A DNA stretch of 64,000 nt from Phoronis australis. Taxonomy: Eukaryota; Animalia; Phoronida. The translations under genes and the position numbers were made by a program. The number at the start of each line of letters is the position of its first letter. Positions within the stretch are counted from its first letter, which is position 1. Below the pieces are notes generated by a model. The model ran no database searches and was not told the DNA's origin. It saw nothing but the letters and a program-made list of their open reading frames with translations. This document shows, in pieces, positions 59,332 through 64,000 of the stretch. The DNA lies in assembly GCA_002633005.1 (NCBI GenBank), contig NMRA01000271.1:507722-571721 (forward strand), written 5' to 3'.

Positions 59332-60248
59332 GTGCCCTAGTCCCGTAAGCTGCAGAGCCGAGAAGGCGGGACGGGCCAGGCTGCCGGAGGCAGCACTGAC
59401 GCGCCCTAGTCCCGTAAGCTGCAGAGCCGAGTAGGCGGGACGGGCCAAGCTGGTGTCGGAGGCAGCGCGTGCCCTAGTCCCGTAAAGCTGCAGAGCCGAG
59501 TAAGCGGCCGGGACGGGCCAAGCTGCTGGAGGCAGAGCGTGCCCTAGTCCCGTAAGCTGCAGAGTCGAGTAAGCGGGACGGGCTAAGCTGCCAGAGGCAG
59601 TGCGTGACCTAACCCCTTAAGCTGCAGAGCCGAGTAGGCGGAACAGGCCAAGCTGCCGGCCGCTGCGCGTGCCGGCCTAGCCCGTAAGCTGCAGAGCCAG
59701 GTAGGCGGGATGGGCCAAGCTGCCGGAGGTAGCGTGTGCCCTAGTCCCGACCTTAAGCTGCAGCGCCGAGTAAGCGGGACGGGTCAAGCTGCCGAACGCA
59801 GTGGATGCCCTAGTCCCGTAAACTGCAGAGCCGAGTAGGCGGGGCGCGGGGCCACTAAGCTGCCCGGGAGGCACCGCGTGCCCTAGCTAGTCCCGTAAGC
59901 TGCAGAGCCGAGTAGGCGTCATAACGTAAAATTGTCGTGAGGGCTTGACAGGGACCTCAGGCGGGTCTCCCACTCCACTGATTTATCCACATCATTTTGA
60001 AAATGCTTTGCCCACTCACGCATTGTGTGTCATAAAAGAGATAAGCCTACCTGCAGATGACGCAGCAAGTAGAACTACTCTCTTTTATCACATTTGTGTA
60101 GACTCACAGTTGAACTGTGGTTTTCTGTAGACCCCAGACCGTCCTGAGTTGCACCATATACCAACTCCGGACGGTGTCTCACGACGATTAAGCGTTATGT
60201 GACGGACCAAGCTGTAGGAGGCAGCGCGTGCCCTAATCCCGTAAGCTG
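59332..60248 (+). repeat. Tandem array of about 10 GC-rich 65-bp hairpin units with CTAG|TC junctions, the last interrupted by an ~290-bp TIR insert
   Basis: Consensus TCCCGTAAGCTGCAGAGCCGAGTAGGCGGGACGGGCCAAGCTGCCGGAGGCAGCGCGTGCCCTAG; insert 59917-60204 bounded by cgtcataacg...gtcgtgag / ctcacgac...cgttatgtgacg. Confidence 0.92.
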
Positions 60249-60418
60249 TTTTGAAATGTCAGTTTTTAACTTAAAAATGTTCCATGTGATGTTTTCCTGA
60301 AATTATTCCATGGAACTTTAATCTTTGATGACTGGATAACGTTGTTTGCAGCAAAACAGTTCATCTATTGTTACATTCATGACTGAGTTGGTCCCGATTT
60401 TGAGTAGGCCCTATTTTT

Positions 60419-61845
60419 ATGCGTCCACATATAAATATGTGGGCGCATTATGCGTCATCTCCGTCCGTCCAGTCCGGCGTCCGCTGCTTTATCTCCAAAA
60501 CCCTTTGAATGGGACGGCATGTGCGAAGTTCAGACGGATCCGACTACCGGTGTGCCCCCTAGTGGCAATTTTAGTTTTTTAGCTTACCTTTGTATCTCCA
60601 AAAGTCCTGAACGGATTTTCATGAAATTTGGTATGTAGGCACCTATTAGTGAGATGACTCTATCCTCCCGTTTTCAGATGGATTCGACATAATTTGCGCC
60701 ACCTAGTGGCCATTTTTACTGTTTTCGAGTCTTTGCGTCCACCTCTCTATCAACCAAACCGCTCAAAGCCTGATTGTGAAAATTGGCATGTATGTGCTTA
60801 CTATAAAGAGTACAGCTGACAATGATTTTCAGACGATTTGGACAACTGTGGCGCCTCCTAGTGGCAGTTTTTTTTGTTTGCGCCTATGGCTGTATCTCCT
60901 AAACCGTTCGCAGGATCTTTACGAAATTTAATAAGTGTAATTATATGATGTTAACAACAGACGATGACGACTTTTGGACGGATCCGCCTACCGGTGTGCC
61001 CCCTAGTGGCAATTTTATTTTTTTACGTTTACCTCTGTATCTTCACAAGTCCTTAACGGATTTTCATGAAATTTGGTATGTAGTCACCTATTAGTGCGAT
61101 GACGCTATCCTTCCGTTTTCGGACGGATTCGACCTAGTGGCCATTTTTACTGTTTTTGAGTCTGTTTTTTGGCGTCCACCCCTCTATCAACCAAACCGCT
61201 CTAAGTATGATTGTGAAAATTGGCATGTAACTATGCTCTTACTATGAAGAGGACGGTTGACGCTGAATTTCCCATGACTTTGATTACTGTGGCGCCTCCT
61301 AGTGGCACTTTTTTTTGCGCCCATGGCTGTATCTCCCAAACCGTTTGCAAGATCTTTAATAAATTTAGCAAGTGTATTTATGCGACTGTTGACAACGGAC
61401 GATGACGACTTTAGGATGATTCTGACTACCGGTATGCCTCTAGTGGCAATTTTAGTATTTTACATTGACCTCTGTATTTTCATAGGTCTTCAGGTGTATA
61501 CTTTGTGTTACTTCGTGACTATGAAGGAAAAGTTCAAGTAGAAATTTGTTTCTGGCATTCTAATGCTGTGCTAATCTCGTATGTTGGTAAATTTGTTTTT
61601 AATTCTATGTTTCTGTAGTGCTTTAAGCAGCTGATGTATAGGATGTGCTTATATTATGAAGATCACTCACATTTTGCCCCTAGCCTATTGAGAAGACAAT
61701 GACCATGCCTTTCCATTTTGCAAAGTACAACATACTACATATATGCCCTCTACTGGCCACTTCATGGTACCAATAAACAACCCTAGAAGGATGCCGTATA
61801 CGGTGCAATTGTGGGCGCATTTCAACGCTCTGCGTAGCTCTTGTT
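60419..61845 (+). mobile_element. HINE, copy 4
   Basis: atgcgtccaca-tataaata-tgtgggcgcat 5' hairpin, GTCC repeats, central array, 3' gtgggcgcatttcaacgctctgcgtagctcttgtt; empty site at about 59110-59130. Confidence 0.88.
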
Positions 61846-62409
61846 ATAATAAAAGTTGTGAAAATCTATTTAGAGCACCCTTAATAATCATACTCAAACT
61901 TGCACAATCGGGGTTGCTTAAAAATGTTCCTATACAACCTTTGGGCAGTTGTCAGGCCAACGCAAAATAAATATATAGATATCAATAAGTGTAATTGATA
62001 CACTGTGTAATTTGATGGTGCACGCTTTTTCAAGTTTACTTATCTGTTAGAAATATATTTTTTACTTTAAAAATGTCCATGTGATGTTCCCTGATATTAT
62101 TCCATGGAACTTTAATCTTAGTGACTAGATAACAATGTTTGCAGCAAAGCAGTTCGTCAATTTTTCTTGAAAGTCACGATTACTATTAGGCCTACTCCTT
62201 ACCTATCCCTAGCGTGATTGTCATGGAAAACTATTTTGAAAGAATGAAACATAAAGTTGGCATTAATTACAGAGTAGATGTACCTGATTGGCACATTCAA
62301 TTCGTCTGAACTGTGAAGTAACATTTCTGTAGTTAACACTTTTTCTATTCTAGAGCTTTTATTCATCAATTCTTAGTATAATCATTATGACGATTTTCGA
62401 TACAAGGAC

Positions 62410-62730
62410 AAAATGGGTGCACCATATGCCATGAGAATGTCGAAATGAGAGCACGCCACAAGAATGAGCACATTATATTACGTCAGTGAGAATGTGAAAA
62501 TGGTAGCACCTTATGCTACGAGAATGTTAAAATGAGTGCACCTTATGTATGAGAGTGTCAAAATGGGAGAACTTTACTTGTCATGAGAATGTTAAAATGG
62601 GAGCAACATATGCAAAGACAATGACAAAATGTAAGCACCTTATGTTATGAGAATATAAAGATGGGAGCACCTTATGCCACGACAATGTCAAAATGGGATC
62701 ACCTCATGCCACCAGAATGTTGGAATGCGC
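62410..62730 (+). repeat. Minisatellite, about 10 copies of an ~32-33-bp unit
   Basis: Consensus gcaccttatgccatgagaatgtcaaaatggga. Confidence 0.85.
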
Positions 62731-62938
62731 ACATCTCTTATTAATTTTACCGCCACGCTCCGAGCACGACAATGTCACAATGTCTGAGGCCCAGAGCGCC
62801 TTTGGAGACTGACGCAAATATGCAAGAGCACGGCACTGATCAGTGAGCAACGGTAAGCGACAGGGCCTTGCAAGTTACTATGTGATGCCTTATTTGGCTA
62901 TTGCATGGGCGGCACAGCGCTGAAGAAGGTGGGGGGGG

Positions 62939-63279
62939 NNNNNNNNNNNNNNNNNNNNNNNNNNNNNNNNNNNNNNNNNNNNNNNNNNNNNNNNNNNNNN
63001 NNNNNNNNNNNNNNNNNNNNNNNNNNNNNNNNNNNNNNNNNNNNNNNNNNNNNNNNNNNNNNNNNNNNNNNNNNNNNNNNNNNNNNNNNNNNNNNNNNNN
63101 NNNNNNNNNNNNNNNNNNNNNNNNNNNNNNNNNNNNNNNNNNNNNNNNNNNNNNNNNNNNNNNNNNNNNNNNNNNNNNNNNNNNNNNNNNNNNNNNNNNN
63201 NNNNNNNNNNNNNNNNNNNNNNNNNNNNNNNNNNNNNNNNNNNNNNNNNNNNNNNNNNNNNNNNNNNNNNNNNNNNNNN
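62939..63279. other. Assembly gap (N run)
   Basis: N bases flanked by poly-G. Confidence 1.
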
Positions 63280-64000
63280 GGGGGGGGGGGACTATAGCTG
63301 ACATTAATATTTTTCTTTCCCACGACATTTGAGCCAATCACATGAAGGTGTTGAAGAAGGTACAGCTTGGTGCACTTTTATACCTCCCTGACGACGATAG
63401 GTATCCCGATGTGCTTCAAGCAGTGGCTAATAAACATTACTGCAGAAACGAAAGCGTTGCTGCTACGCCCACTTGCCTGCACGACAAGGCTAAATATCGT
63501 TCATAGTTCGCCATTTTCTTACTTTTTTGTAAAGCTAACCAATGACTGCCGAGGTTACATCAACCAGTGGTAAAGCGCGTGCTACTGAATGGTACCTGCG
63601 TGTGGTCTCTACACGCAGAGAACCAACGAGACACGCAAGCCGACCATGATAAGCAGACGACGTAGCCTACTTGACAAAATTAGTACTCGGCAATTTGGCC
63701 AGGTGTCGCTAGTGAACGACGTCCATTGAAAGTGTATTATGTAAGGAGTTGGCGGTGTTCCATCATGCTACAGTTTTTGGTGTAGAACCAGGGCAGCCCT
63801 ATTACGCTACGTACGGTAAAGATTCTCGGGTAATCGTTTACTATATGTCGAAATTTTAGGGGGTGGACATGGCCCCGTTGGTCCCCCCTTAAATCCGCCA
63901 CTGCTTTTTGCCACTACTTAAGCTACAGCGGTAATAGTCGGATAAGTTGGTCCCATTTCAAATTCTGTCAGGAATACTTAAAAAATAAAATGAAGTGTCG

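Larger units (their letters stand above)
57145..62158 (+). repeat. Three tandem copies of an ~330-350-bp unit, each interrupted by an insertion
   Basis: Recurring blocks ttgtgaaaatcta..gagcatccctaataatcatactcaaactt (about 57192, 59130, 61856), gtaattgatacactgtgtaatt (about 58908, 59237, 61991) and tggaactttaatctt (about 59021, 60311, 62105). Confidence 0.8.

Noticed and set aside
59332-59918. CRISPR array or twister ribozyme repeat
   Set aside because: No spacers. GTCCCGTAAGC resembles the twister L4 loop, but the P4 stem and the UAA cleavage-site strand are not present.

Overview
Eukaryotic, AT-rich, invertebrate-like genomic DNA from a gapped assembly; it is not prokaryotic, so most short ORFs in the track are noise. 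The main feature is one + strand, multi-exon TRPC-family (canonical transient receptor potential) cation channel gene. I reconstructed it by hand: 12 well-supported, phase-compatible exons from 16162 to 53680 (781 codons plus stop) and two tentative 5' coding exons (14009-14140, 15337-15492; about 877 aa in total). It keeps the TRP_2 region, S1-S6, the LFW pore helix, the TRP box (EWKFSR) and LPVPFNIIP, but differs at normally conserved positions (Zn-site Cys, filter Gly, S4-S5 linker, apparently reduced ankyrin repeats). Introns and flanks hold many nested transposon relics: Gypsy LTR relics (one a 1.4-kb LTR-PBS-integrase-PPT-LTR mini element), LINE fragments, an inverted pair of Penelope GIY-YIG fragments, Helentron-type HINEs with internal satellite arrays, and Kolobok-, Harbinger-, TcMar-, hAT- and CACTA-like MITEs. 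Several insertions have both filled and empty sites inside the window. The most unusual non-coding item is a head-to-tail array of 65-bp units, each reading 5'-TC...hairpin...CTAG-3', which looks like a micro-Helitron concatemer (59332-60248). All calls are by eye, without database searches.
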